NCBI GenBank assembly: GCA_963763775.1
Contig: CAVXPZ010000004.1
Location: 256,001-320,000, forward strand
Reading direction: 5' to 3'
Length of the DNA stretch: 64,000 bases
From: an uncultured Chloroflexia bacterium
GTDB lineage: Bacteria; Chloroflexota; Limnocylindria; Limnocylindrales; CSP1-4
Shown here: in pieces, positions 52,426-61,556 of the stretch
How the letters are laid out: each line of letters begins with the position of its first letter
Position numbering within the stretch: the first letter of the stretch is position 1
Notes under the pieces: model-generated
The model's database searches: none
What the model saw: only the letters and a program-made list of their open reading frames with translations
Told to the model about the DNA's origin: nothing
Translations under genes and position numbers: made by a program

Positions 52426-53244
52426 GTGCCGGAGACCTACACGCACGGGCATCACGAGAGCGTCCTTCGGTCGCATCGCTGGCGGACGGCCGAGAACTCG
52501 GCCGCGTATCTGCTGCCGCGACTGGCGCCGGGCCAGTCGCTCCTCGACGTCGGATGCGGTCCGGGCACGATCACGATCGACCTCGCGCGGCGGGTCGCCC
52601 CGGGTCGGGTCATCGGCATCGACGCGGTCGACGAGCCGCTGATCGCCGCCCGGGCCGATGCGGCGGCGGCCGGACTCGACACGGTCGCCTTCGAGGTCGG
52701 TGACGCGTACGCGCTCGCGTTCGAGGCCGAGCGGTTCGACGTCGTGCACGCGCACCAGGTGCTCCAGCATCTCGGCGACCCGGTCGCCGCGCTCCGCGAG
52801 ATGGGTCGCGTCTGCCGGGTCGACGGGGTCGTCGCGGCGCGCGACAGCGACTACGCGGCGATGACGTGGTTCCCGGCCCATCCGGGACTCGACCGATGGC
52901 TGGCCCTCTATCAGGCCGTTGCCAGGCAGAACGGCGGCGAGCCGGATGCTGGCCGCCGCCTCCTGTCGTGGGCGCAGGCCGCCGGGTTCTCCGAGATCGC
53001 GCCGTCCGCGAGCGTCTGGTGCTTCGCGACGCCCGAGGATCGGGCGTGGTGGGGGGGCCTGTGGGCCGATCGGGTCACCCGCTCCGCGTTCGCCGACCAG
53101 GCGGTCGCGGCGGGACTCGCCGACGCCACGGGACTCGGGCAGATCGCCGATGCGTGGCGGGCATGGTCCGCGGAGCCGGACGGGTGGTTCATCGTCCCGT
53201 GCGGAGAGGTGCTCTGCCGCCGACCTCGTATCCTGTCGGCGTGA
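52426..53244 (+). CDS. Class I SAM-dependent methyltransferase
   Basis: YTHGHHESVLRSH, LLDVGCGPG, FDVVHAHQVLQH. Confidence 0.92.
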   Translation: MPETYTHGHHESVLRSHRWRTAENSAAYLLPRLAPGQSLLDVGCGPGTITIDLARRVAPGRVIGIDAVDEPLIAARADAAAAGLDTVAFEVGDAYALAFEAERFDVVHAHQVLQHLGDPVAALREMGRVCRVDGVVAARDSDYAAMTWFPAHPGLDRWLALYQAVARQNGGEPDAGRRLLSWAQAAGFSEIAPSASVWCFATPEDRAWWGGLWADRVTRSAFADQAVAAGLADATGLGQIADAWRAWSAEPDGWFIVPCGEVLCRRPRILSA

Positions 53245-54086
53245 GCCTGTACCGCATCGACGACCCGCCGAGGCTGATCGCCCCGACGCTGCTCGCAGCG
53301 TTCGACGGCTGGGTGGATGCGGGCTCGGCGGCCACCACCGCGCTCGAGCAGCTGACCGATGAAGCGCCGGTGGTCGCCACCTTCGACGCCGACCGACTCT
53401 TCGACTACCGCGCTCGCCGCCCGCCCCTCGAGATCGTCGACGGGCGGCTGACCGAGCTCACGTGGCCCGAGCTCGTCCTCCGGCATATCCGCATCGAGGA
53501 GCGAGATCTGCTGGTGCTCGCCGGTCCGGAGCCCGACTATCGGTGGCGCGAGCTCGTGCGATCGGCGACCGAACTCGCCCAGCGCCTCGGCGTCGCGGAG
53601 TGGATCAGCCTGGGAGCGATCCCGGCAGCCGTGCCGCACACGCGCTCGGTGCCGATCCTGGGCACGGAGTCGGCGCCCGGCCTGCTGCGCGCCGACGTCC
53701 CGGCGGGCCCGGCCGGCGTGTTGCGCGTGCCGTCGGCGCTGGTCTCCGCGCTGGAATTCGAGGCGTCCGAGGCCGGCATCCCGTCGATGGGCTACTTCGC
53801 CCAGGTCCCCCACTACGTGTCCGGCCCCTATCCGGCCGCTTCCGTGGCGCTCCTCGAGACGCTCGGGCAGCACCTGGGGATCCGGATGCCGACGGGCGAG
53901 CTCGCCGAGGAGGCGCAGCAACTCCGCACGCGCCTCGATGCCGCCGCCGCGATCGAGGAGACGACCCGGACGTACGTGGAGCGCCTCGAGGCGATGGTCG
54001 ACGAGCAGCGACTGCCCGCCGGCGACGACCTCATCGCCGACATCGAGCGGTTCCTTCGCGAGGGCGGCGAGAGCGCCTCGCGCTGA
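53241..54086 (+). CDS. PAC2 family protein
   Basis: AFDGWVDAG, DYRARRP, GPEPDYRW, VPHTR, QVPHY, IERFL. Confidence 0.88.
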   Translation: MSLYRIDDPPRLIAPTLLAAFDGWVDAGSAATTALEQLTDEAPVVATFDADRLFDYRARRPPLEIVDGRLTELTWPELVLRHIRIEERDLLVLAGPEPDYRWRELVRSATELAQRLGVAEWISLGAIPAAVPHTRSVPILGTESAPGLLRADVPAGPAGVLRVPSALVSALEFEASEAGIPSMGYFAQVPHYVSGPYPAASVALLETLGQHLGIRMPTGELAEEAQQLRTRLDAAAAIEETTRTYVERLEAMVDEQRLPAGDDLIADIERFLREGGESASR

Positions 54087-54149
54087 CGGGTCCGCCTCCG
54101 GGCACGCAGGCCTGACCCTGGCATCGTGGCGCCAACTGGACATGCCAGA

Positions 54150-54172
54150 TACATGCCATCGAGCGTCATGAA
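54150..54172. promoter_or_regulatory. Putative WYL-regulator operator upstream of WYL gene
   Basis: TACATGCCATCGAGCGTCATGAA; same TACmTGCCA-N5-yGTCATGwA pattern as 55493-55515. Confidence 0.5.
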
Positions 54173-54190
54173 GCGCGGTATCCTGCCGGG

Positions 54191-55401
54191 ATGCGTGCGA
54201 GTCGCCTCGTCAACCTGCTGCTGCTGCTCCAGACGCGTGGTGGGCTGACCGCCGCCGAACTGGCCCGCGAGCTCGAGGTCTCGGTCCGCACGATCCATCG
54301 CGACGTCGAGGCGTTGAGCGCCGCCGGTGTCCCGATCTACGCGGACCGTGGACCGCATGGCGGGATCCGCCTCGTCGACGGCTACCGGACCCGACTCACC
54401 GGCATGACCGCCGAAGAGGCCGAGGCCCTGTTCCTGTCCGGCCTGCCCGGCCCCGCGGCGGAACTCGGGCTCGGGACGGTCGTGACCGCGGCCCGGCTCA
54501 AGGTCCTGGCGGCGCTGCCGACGGAGCTGCGATCGCGGGCGTCCAGGCTCGTCGAGCGGTTCCACCTCGACGCCGCCGGCTGGTTCCAGGCGAGCGAGCC
54601 GGTCCCCCACCTCGCCGTGCTCGCCCAGTCCGTCTGGGACGCGAAGCTCGCGCGGATCGAGTACGAGCGCGGCGGCGGGGCGGTCGTGCGCGTCGTGGCG
54701 CCGCTCGGCCTCGTGCTCAAGGGCGGCGTCTGGTACCTCGTCGCGATCACCGACGAGCAGATCCGGACGTACCGGGTGTCGCGCGTGGTCGGAGCGGTCG
54801 TCCTCGACGAGAAGGCGCCCGGCCATCGGACTTCGATCTCGCCGCCTACTGGACGGCGTCGAGTGCCGCGTTCGAGCGCGACATCCCACGCGTCACCGTC
54901 GAGGTCCGCCTCCCCCAGGCGCGCCTGGAACGACTGGCCGACGTCGTGGGGCTCTCGACCGTCCAGGCGGCGGAGCGGCTTGACGACCCCGACCCCGACT
55001 GGGTCCGGCTCCGCTTCCAGGTGAACTGGCCGGATGAGGTCCCCGGCCACATGCTCGCGATGGGGTCGAGCCTCGAGGTGCTCGCCCCCGCCGAGATCCG
55101 GGAGCGGGTCATCGCGACCGCGCGCCGGATCATCGAACGCTACGAGCGCGACGAACCCGAGATCGGGCGCGACGGTCCACAGGCGGACGGCGGCCTGCCC
55201 GGACCCGACGAGGCGACGGACGCGGTGGGCAGAGCAGGTCCGGCGGAGCGTGCCGCGAGGGCGGAGACCGAGGCGAGGCGGCGGGCGCCGTGTGATCCAC
55301 GTGGGCCCGCCGCGCGGCGTCCCGGGCCTCGCGCCGCGCGAGGTGCAGCCATCGCAGATGGTGCGTGGCCTTCATGTCCCGGTCCCTGTCGGACTGACTG
55401 A
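54191..55401 (+). CDS. HTH_11 + WYL domain (YafY-like) transcriptional regulator (frameshift ~54820; 3' end uncertain)
   Basis: MRASRL..TAAELARELEVSVRTIHRD; PLGLVLKGGVWYLVA..RTYRVSR; EVLAPAEIRE. Confidence 0.88.
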
Positions 55402-55426
55402 GTCGGGCGAGTTCCAGCAGGTGCAT
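55130..55426 (-). CDS. Small hypothetical protein (3' end uncertain)
   Basis: SD GAGGAG, ATG at 55426: MHLLELARLSQSDRDRDMKATHHLRWLHLARREA; operator-like motif upstream. Confidence 0.45.
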   Translation of the reverse strand: MHLLELARLSQSDRDRDMKATHHLRWLHLARREARDAARRAHVDHTAPAASPRSPPSRHAPPDLLCPPRPSPRRVRAGRRPPVDRRARSRVRRARSVR

Positions 55427-55492
55427 GGCGGCAGCTCCTCGGCTGGCGGCGATCGTTCGTGGTCGCTTCGTTCCTGTGGAGTGTCCCGCACG

Positions 55493-55515
55493 TACCTGCC
55501 AGGTCTTGTCATGTA
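55493..55515. promoter_or_regulatory. Putative WYL-regulator operator
   Basis: Minus strand TACATGACAAGACCTGGCAGGTA (TGACA-N5-TGGCA near-palindrome). Confidence 0.5.
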
Positions 55516-55689
55516 CGTCCGCGGCGCCGCGCACGTCGGTCGGTCGTCTCGGAAACCGGCCCGCATGCGTGCGGTGACTCCTGGGACCCGCCGCGGGACC
55601 CGCCAGGGCCGCAGACCATCCCGATCGCCTTCCCGTAGGCATCCGGTGACTGCGCGACGCGTGATCACGCGCCGAGACCCGCTGGACCG

Positions 55690-56056
55690 GGAGTAGCAGT
55701 CAGGTCATGACTGGCGGCCGGCGATCGCGGCCGCTAGGGCACTGTCGGCCCGGGGATCGCGCTGCGGTTCTTCGCATCCATTCACCAAGCGATGCCTGGT
55801 GGGCTCGCTGCCCCTCCACGCCGCGAATCCAGGCCGATCACGTCGCCCTAGTCATGGCCGTGGTCGCCCACGAAGCGAGCCGTGTCCAACGAGCCCCGTT
55901 CAGCTGCAGAGGCCCCGTTCCATGACTAGGTGAGAAGCGAACAGTTCAAGCTTCGGCGCCACGGCACTCCCCAGGCGCTGCCTCAGAGGCCCGACACGGA
56001 ACGACCGCCAGGTCCCGAAGGGCCTGACGGTCGAATGAGATCTGACGGACCACCGC
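55690..56056 (-). ncRNA. Candidate ~370-nt multi-helix non-coding RNA, family unassigned
   Basis: Nested helices including a 5'/3' closing stem, cUUCGg hairpin and 11-bp perfect stem; most imperfect pairs are G-U on the minus strand; no credible ORF. Confidence 0.6.
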
Positions 56057-56222
56057 ACTGGCAGTATTGCCGGCTCCGCCGCCGCCCGGCATCCCGCCGG
56101 AGGGTCGACGCGCCGCCGGTCGAAGGTCTCGTTGTCCGGCGGTCCGTTCGTGATGACCACACCGTACGACCCGGTCAGCGATGCGATACCTGCCATCCGT
56201 CCTCTTTCGGCATGGACGAATG

Positions 56223-57827
56223 TCATCCCACCGACGTCAGCGCGGGGCCCGAGGCGGCGACCGGGCCTGAGGCGGCGACCGGGCCTGACTCGCCATGGCC
56301 CGAGGCGGTCTCCACGCCCGATGCCTCGAGCGCCCGGTCCGGCAGCCAGATCAGGGCCACCAGGGCACCCGCGACCGCGAACCCGATGCCGATGAGCGAG
56401 GTCGTCGACATCGCGTCGACGAACGCCGCGCGTGCCGACTCCAACAGCGCCAAGCCGGCCTCGCCGCCGATCGTCCCGGCGACCGCGGCCGCGCCCATGA
56501 GGGAGTCGCGGGCCGCTGCCGCGGCATCGGGCGGCAGCGCAGCCGTCGACGCGGCCATGGCCGAGGCGTACATCGCCGCGAAGAGGCTGCCCAGGATCGC
56601 GACGCCGAACGCGCCACCGATCTCGCGGACGGTGTCGTTCACCGCCGACCCCACGCCGAATTGCTCCTTGGGAAGGGCGCCCATGATCGCGTCGGTGGCC
56701 GGCGTCATCGCGAGGGCGATGCCCGCGGCGAGGACGAACAGCACCAGCCCGACGTGAAGGTCTGACGACGCCACGCCCACCGTGGCCAGGAGGCCCATCC
56801 CCGCGGCGACGACCAGCAGGCCCGTGGCGGTCGTGATCCGCGCTCCGAGGGACGTCGTGGCCTTCGCGGCGATCGGCGAGACGGCGATCACGCCGATGGC
56901 GATCGGGATGAACCGGAGACCCGTGTCGAACGCCGACAGCCCGAGCACGCCCTGGAGGTACTGCGTCAGGAAGAACAGCGCCCCCATCAGCGAGAAGAAG
57001 ACCAGCGTGACGCTCAGGCTGGCGGCCGTGAAGCGCGGGTTCTCGAACAGGTGGACGTCGAGCATCGGGAATTCCACGCGACGCTCCCACGCGAAGAACA
57101 GGCTGAGCAGGACCGCCGCGGCCGCGAGCGAGCCGATGATCACGGGGTCGGTCCAGCCCCGCGATGGGATCTCGATGATCCCGTAGACGAGCGTCACGAG
57201 GCCGCCGACCGAGAGGATCGCGCCGACCGGGTCGAGCGGCACGCGGCCGGGAGCACGGGACTCGGGGATGATCGCCAGAGCCGCGACGATGCCGACGATG
57301 ACGAACGGGATGTTGACGAGGAAGACGGACCCCCAGGCGAAGTGCTCGAGCAGCCAGCCTCCGAGGACCGGGCCGACCACGATGCCGAGGCCGCTCACCG
57401 ACGACCAGACGGCGATCGCCTTCGGGCGCTCGTCGGACTCGAAGACGTCGCCGATGATCGACAGCGTCGAGGGCATCGTGAACGCGGCTCCGAGACCCAT
57501 GAAGGCCCGCAGCAGGATCAGCTGGTCGGCTGTCTGGACGAACGGAGCGAACGCGGACCCGATGCCGAACAGCGCCAGACCGACCACCAGCGCCCGCCGG
57601 CGGCCGTATCGATCCGACAGGGCGCCCGCGACGAGCAGCATGCCGGCGAAGACCAGGACGTACGCGTCGACCATCCACTGGAGCTGGCTGGACGTGGCGG
57701 ACAGGTCGCGGGCGAGCGTCGGCAGCGCGACGTTGAGGATCGTGTTGTCAAGGCTCACGCCGAACAGCGCGAGGATGAGGACGCCGAGGATCCACCATCG
57801 GCGTGCGTGGACCTGGGTGCGGGTCAT
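56223..57827 (-). CDS. DHA2/EmrB-QacA family MFS transporter
   Basis: LDNTILNVALP, WMVDAYVL, SDRYGRR, GPVLGG..WGSVFLVNIP. Confidence 0.93.
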   Translation of the reverse strand: MTRTQVHARRWWILGVLILALFGVSLDNTILNVALPTLARDLSATSSQLQWMVDAYVLVFAGMLLVAGALSDRYGRRRALVVGLALFGIGSAFAPFVQTADQLILLRAFMGLGAAFTMPSTLSIIGDVFESDERPKAIAVWSSVSGLGIVVGPVLGGWLLEHFAWGSVFLVNIPFVIVGIVAALAIIPESRAPGRVPLDPVGAILSVGGLVTLVYGIIEIPSRGWTDPVIIGSLAAAAVLLSLFFAWERRVEFPMLDVHLFENPRFTAASLSVTLVFFSLMGALFFLTQYLQGVLGLSAFDTGLRFIPIAIGVIAVSPIAAKATTSLGARITTATGLLVVAAGMGLLATVGVASSDLHVGLVLFVLAAGIALAMTPATDAIMGALPKEQFGVGSAVNDTVREIGGAFGVAILGSLFAAMYASAMAASTAALPPDAAAAARDSLMGAAAVAGTIGGEAGLALLESARAAFVDAMSTTSLIGIGFAVAGALVALIWLPDRALEASGVETASGHGESGPVAASGPVAASGPALTSVG

Positions 57828-57846
57828 GTCGTGCGGGCTCCTTGCT

Positions 57847-57937
57847 CGTACACTGTTCGAGTCGGGTCGACGGGGAACGTTACTAGTACACTGTGCGAGC
57901 GTCAAGTACACTGTACTGGACAGACGTACGTCGTACG
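57847..57937. promoter_or_regulatory. Four TetR-type operator palindromes overlapping the MFS promoter
   Basis: CGTACACTGTTCG 57847, AGTACACTGTGCG 57885, AGTACACTGTACT 57905, CGTACGTCGTACG 57925; minus-strand promoter TTGACG-N17-TAACGT (57905-57877). Confidence 0.75.
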
Positions 57938-57975
57938 ACTGCGACGGATGACGTAGCTGGAGGCGACGGAACGCG

Positions 57976-58755
57976 ATGCCCACCGACCGACGCCGCGAGC
58001 GACTGGGCGACCTGCCCTGGGCGTCCCCGGCGGCGACCGACGGCCGGGCGCCCCTGACCCGCGAGGAGATCGTCGTCGCCGGTATCGCCTTGCTCGATCG
58101 GGAGGGGCCCGATGCCCTCTCGATGCGCCGCCTCGGCAAGGAGCTCGATGCGGGCGCGACGTCGCTCTACTGGCATGTCAAGGACAAGGACCAGTTGCTC
58201 GACCTGATCGTCGATGCCGTCATCGGCGAGGTGATGGGCGAGGTGACGCCGGATCCCGCCAGCCCGTGGCGGGATCGACTTCGTGACCTCGCGCGCGCGG
58301 TGCGTCAGGTCCTGATCCGCCACCGCAACGTCGCGCCCCTCCTCGGCGAACGGCCGACGATCGGCCCGGCCGCGCTCGATGCGGCCGAGTACACCATGGC
58401 GATCCTGCGCGACGCCGGGTTCGACGACCGCGCCACCTCCATGGCCTCTGGCGCGCTGATCAACTATGCGGCGGGTTTCGCCCTGTTCGAGTCGAAGAAC
58501 CCGGGTGGCGCGGACTCGCCGGAGGCACGCGCCCAGGCCGAGGCGATCATGGCCTACTTCCGCGGTCTCCCACCCGATCGCTACCCGACGCTGCTGGCGA
58601 TCGCGGACCAGTCCATCACCGAGGACGAGCAGTTCGACTACGGCCTGGACCGGCTCCTGGACGGCCTCGAGGCCGACCTCAAGAGCGGCCCCGCGAACCC
58701 GGCGCGGAGAGATCCCGCCGAGGACCGCGGCCCGAATACGATCCTGACGCACTGA
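57976..58755 (+). CDS. TetR family regulator (TetR_C type)
   Basis: LTREEIV..LSMRRLGKEL..SLYWHVKDKD; FDYGLDRLLDGL. Confidence 0.93.
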   Translation: MPTDRRRERLGDLPWASPAATDGRAPLTREEIVVAGIALLDREGPDALSMRRLGKELDAGATSLYWHVKDKDQLLDLIVDAVIGEVMGEVTPDPASPWRDRLRDLARAVRQVLIRHRNVAPLLGERPTIGPAALDAAEYTMAILRDAGFDDRATSMASGALINYAAGFALFESKNPGGADSPEARAQAEAIMAYFRGLPPDRYPTLLAIADQSITEDEQFDYGLDRLLDGLEADLKSGPANPARRDPAEDRGPNTILTH

Positions 58756-58890
58756 TCCGCCGGCGCCCGACCAGCCTGCCGGCCGCAACGCCGACGTGAT
58801 GCGAACCGGTCGGGACGAAAGGACACCGGAGCACCGAATTCGTAGGATGGACGTCCGGGAGGCCACCGTCCCGACCCACGAGGTCCCGCC

Positions 58891-59766
58891 ATGTCGTTCG
58901 ATCCCGGCGCGCAGCTCGATCCATCACAGGTCACCGACCGGCGCGGCATGGGCCGGAACGGCGGGATCGCCATCGGCGGAGGCGGGATCGGCCTGATCCT
59001 GATCCTGGCGTACACGCTGCTCGGCGGGAACCCGAACGACATCTCGGGCCTGCTCGAACCGGGCGCGGTGACCGGCGCGGGGCCGGCGAGCTCAGCCCTC
59101 GCGACGGACTGCAAGACCGGGCAGGACGCGAACACTCGCGACGACTGCCGGATCCTGGGCTATGTCAACAGCATCCAGGCCTACTGGTCGACTGAGTTCG
59201 GTCAGTCGTCGAGCGGCCGTTACCAGCCGGCGAACACCGTGCTCTTCAGCGGCGCCATGGACAGCGGCTGCGGCACGGCCAGCGCGGCCACGGGCCCGTT
59301 CTACTGTCCGCCGGACCAGCTCGTCTACCTCGACCTCGGGTTCTTCGACGAGCTGCGGTCGCGGTTCGGCGCCACCGGCGGGTCGTTCGCGCAGGGCTAC
59401 GTCGTCGCGCACGAGTACGGCCACCACGTCCAGGACCTCCTCGGCATCCTCGGCAGCCGTGCCGCGACCGGGACCGGAGCCACCGGCGGCTCCGTCCGCA
59501 CGGAGCTCCAGGCCGACTGCCTCGCGGGCGTCTGGGCCAACCACGCGGAGGCCGGCATCCTCGCCCCGCTCACGGACGCCGAGATCGCCGACGGCCTCGA
59601 TGCCGCGGCCGCCGTCGGCGACGACCGGATCCAGGAGGCCGTGAACGGCCAGGTCGACCCCGAAGGGTGGACCCACGGGTCCGCGGCCCAGCGTCAGAAG
59701 TGGTTCACGATCGGCTACGACGGCGGCACCGCCGGGGACTGCGACACGTTCAGCGGCGGTCTGTAG
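58891..59766 (+). CDS. Neutral zinc metallopeptidase (YpfJ family)
   Basis: GPFYCP, AHEYGHHVQ, ELQADC, VGDDRIQ, THGS. Confidence 0.92.
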   Translation: MSFDPGAQLDPSQVTDRRGMGRNGGIAIGGGGIGLILILAYTLLGGNPNDISGLLEPGAVTGAGPASSALATDCKTGQDANTRDDCRILGYVNSIQAYWSTEFGQSSSGRYQPANTVLFSGAMDSGCGTASAATGPFYCPPDQLVYLDLGFFDELRSRFGATGGSFAQGYVVAHEYGHHVQDLLGILGSRAATGTGATGGSVRTELQADCLAGVWANHAEAGILAPLTDAEIADGLDAAAAVGDDRIQEAVNGQVDPEGWTHGSAAQRQKWFTIGYDGGTAGDCDTFSGGL

Positions 59767-59832
59767 GCGCGCACCCGGCAGAACGCCCGGCACCCGCCCC
59801 ATCCCAGCACCGGTGGGCCGGCCGACCCTGTC

Positions 59833-60453
59833 CTATCCGACCGGGAGCAGGTCGGCGAGCCGCCGGTCCGCGCTCGCGATCGCCTCGGCCGGATCGCCGC
59901 CACGACGGGGGACGGCGATCTCGATGCGGATGTCGCCCGTGGCGAGGGCATCGTCGGCGTGCCGGTACGCCCGTTCGATCCGGGAGGCCAAGTGCGCGGC
60001 TTCGTCCTCGTTCGTCTCGGGCAGCATGACCAGGAAGCGCTCGGGCGCCGAGCGCACGGCCCGGTCGGTCTCTCGAGCCTCGCGGCCGAGGACCTCGGCG
60101 AACCGGACGGCCAGCCCGTCCGAGCCGGCCGTGGTGGCATCGACCGTGAGGTCCACCACGAGGATCGCCAGCGCTCGCCCATAGCGAGCCTGTCGGGCGC
60201 CTTCGTGCCGGAGCGCCTGCGCCCATTCGGCGCTGCTGTCGAGGGCCATCGACGGCCGTCGGTGGTAGCGATGGGACCGGGTCCGTCGACGGCGGACCTG
60301 CGGACCGTCGAGGAATGCCTCGATCCGGTCGGCGGCCTCCTCCTCGTGGTGATGCTCGGGGAGGGTGAACTTCGGCGAGCGGCGGACTCTCGGCGCGGCG
60401 GCGGGCCGGACGGCGGGCGCCGGCGTGGGGGTCTCGTCGTGCGCCTCGGTCAT
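59833..60453 (-). CDS. Degenerate GGDEF-like domain protein
   Basis: RQARYGRALAILVVDL..RETDRAVRSAPERFLVMLPET..ADRRL. Confidence 0.7.
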   Translation of the reverse strand: MTEAHDETPTPAPAVRPAAAPRVRRSPKFTLPEHHHEEEAADRIEAFLDGPQVRRRRTRSHRYHRRPSMALDSSAEWAQALRHEGARQARYGRALAILVVDLTVDATTAGSDGLAVRFAEVLGREARETDRAVRSAPERFLVMLPETNEDEAAHLASRIERAYRHADDALATGDIRIEIAVPRRGGDPAEAIASADRRLADLLPVG

Positions 60454-60544
60454 CGGGTCAAGGATACCGGCGCTCGCCCTTGACCGCCCCGGCGCCCGGA
60501 CAGGCGGGCTCCCGTGGCTCCACGCGGACGACCGACCTCCAGGA

Positions 60545-61465
60545 TCAGCCGAACGAGGACGCCCGTGCGGCTCCGGCAGCGACGCGCGCCTCGAACCGCT
60601 TCGCGGCCTCGTCGAGGCTGGCCAGGTGCTCGGCGAGGCGTTCGCGTGCGGCCTCGGCCGCCGCATCGAGGCCGGTCAGCTCGAAGATGCCCCAGTGCTT
60701 GATGATCGGCAGCAGGACCTCGTCGCGGTGGATCCGCAGGTCGTAGATGCCGGCCTTCGCGATCTGGGCGGCCTTGCGCATGAAGCCGGGGATCCCGGCG
60801 CCCGGCATCTCGAAGGCGAGCACCTCGTCGACGATCGCGCGGACCGCGGCCGACGGATAGAGCTTGAGCGCCGCCCCGAGGATGTCGCGGTAGAACACCA
60901 TGTGCAGGTTCTCGTCGGCGGCGATCCGGACCATGATCCGGTCCGCGACCGGGTCGTCGGAGTAGCGGCCGGTGTTCCGGTGCGAGATCCGCGTGGCCAG
61001 CTCCTGGAACGCGACGTAGGCGAGGCCGCGCAGCGGGTCGGGCGACTTCCGGTCGTAGCCCTGCTGGAGCTGGGTCATGCGGCCGCGCTCGAGCAGGATG
61101 GGATCGATGTTGCGGGTGACGGTCAGGTAGTCGCGCAGCACGATCGCGTGCCGGCCCTCCTCCGCCGTCCAGCGGCCGATCCAGTTGATCCACGCCCCAT
61201 CGCCGCTGCCGAACATCCCGTGGATCAGCCGGTGGTACGAGGGCAGGTTGTCCTCGGTGAGGAGATTGACCTCGAACGCCGTCTGCGCGACGCCCGTCAG
61301 GCGTGGCTGCTCGGGTGTCCACGGGTCCTTGTCGAAGTCGCGCCCCAGGCGGTACGGGATGTAATCGTGGGGGAACCACTCCTGGGCCACCGCCGCGTGT
61401 CGGTCGTAGAGCCGGCCCGCCTCGGGTTCGAGCTCGATCAGGAGGGCGCGCTCGTCATAGGTCAT
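60545..61465 (-). CDS. Acyl-ACP desaturase (DesA1-like, di-iron)
   Basis: TEDNLPSY, WTAEEGRH, FQELAT, IAADENLH, MPG. Confidence 0.93.
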   Translation of the reverse strand: MTYDERALLIELEPEAGRLYDRHAAVAQEWFPHDYIPYRLGRDFDKDPWTPEQPRLTGVAQTAFEVNLLTEDNLPSYHRLIHGMFGSGDGAWINWIGRWTAEEGRHAIVLRDYLTVTRNIDPILLERGRMTQLQQGYDRKSPDPLRGLAYVAFQELATRISHRNTGRYSDDPVADRIMVRIAADENLHMVFYRDILGAALKLYPSAAVRAIVDEVLAFEMPGAGIPGFMRKAAQIAKAGIYDLRIHRDEVLLPIIKHWGIFELTGLDAAAEAARERLAEHLASLDEAAKRFEARVAAGAARASSFG

Positions 61466-61556
61466 GCCGGTAGGCTAGCCGTCGACCGCGTTCGCGTCTC
61501 GTGAGACCGGTGCGGACCTGCACGGGCCCTCGGCGGTCTCGGGTAGGCTCTGCGCG

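Noticed and set aside
1807-55401. Many frameshifted genes (add, cyclase, nrdJ, ABC, two-component system, WYL etc.) as pseudogenes or programmed frameshifts
   Set aside because: The breaks are scattered 1-nt indels in otherwise intact genes, including nrdJ, with no in-frame stop decay or slippery-site pattern. Long-read consensus error is the simplest explanation; raw reads would decide.
53241-55401. PAC2 + WYL as a Pup-proteasome/PafBC locus
   Set aside because: No pup, pafA, dop, arc or prcAB in the window, and only a single YafY-type WYL gene.
55690-56056. RNase P, tmRNA, SRP, raiA, OLE or HEARO/omegaRNA assignment for the structured RNA
   Set aside because: Only short partial resemblances; the diagnostic conserved strings are not visible and no IscB/TnpB gene is adjacent. 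An Rfam search is needed to exclude these formally.
56244-56290. 18-bp direct repeat GAGGCGGCGACCGGGCCT
   Set aside because: Encodes the low-complexity SGPVAA tail of the MFS transporter.
58790-58830. TGATG..GAAA hammerhead-like string (also CTGATGCGAAAC at ~20618)
   Set aside because: The core deviates from CUGAUGA and the flanking stems cannot be formed.
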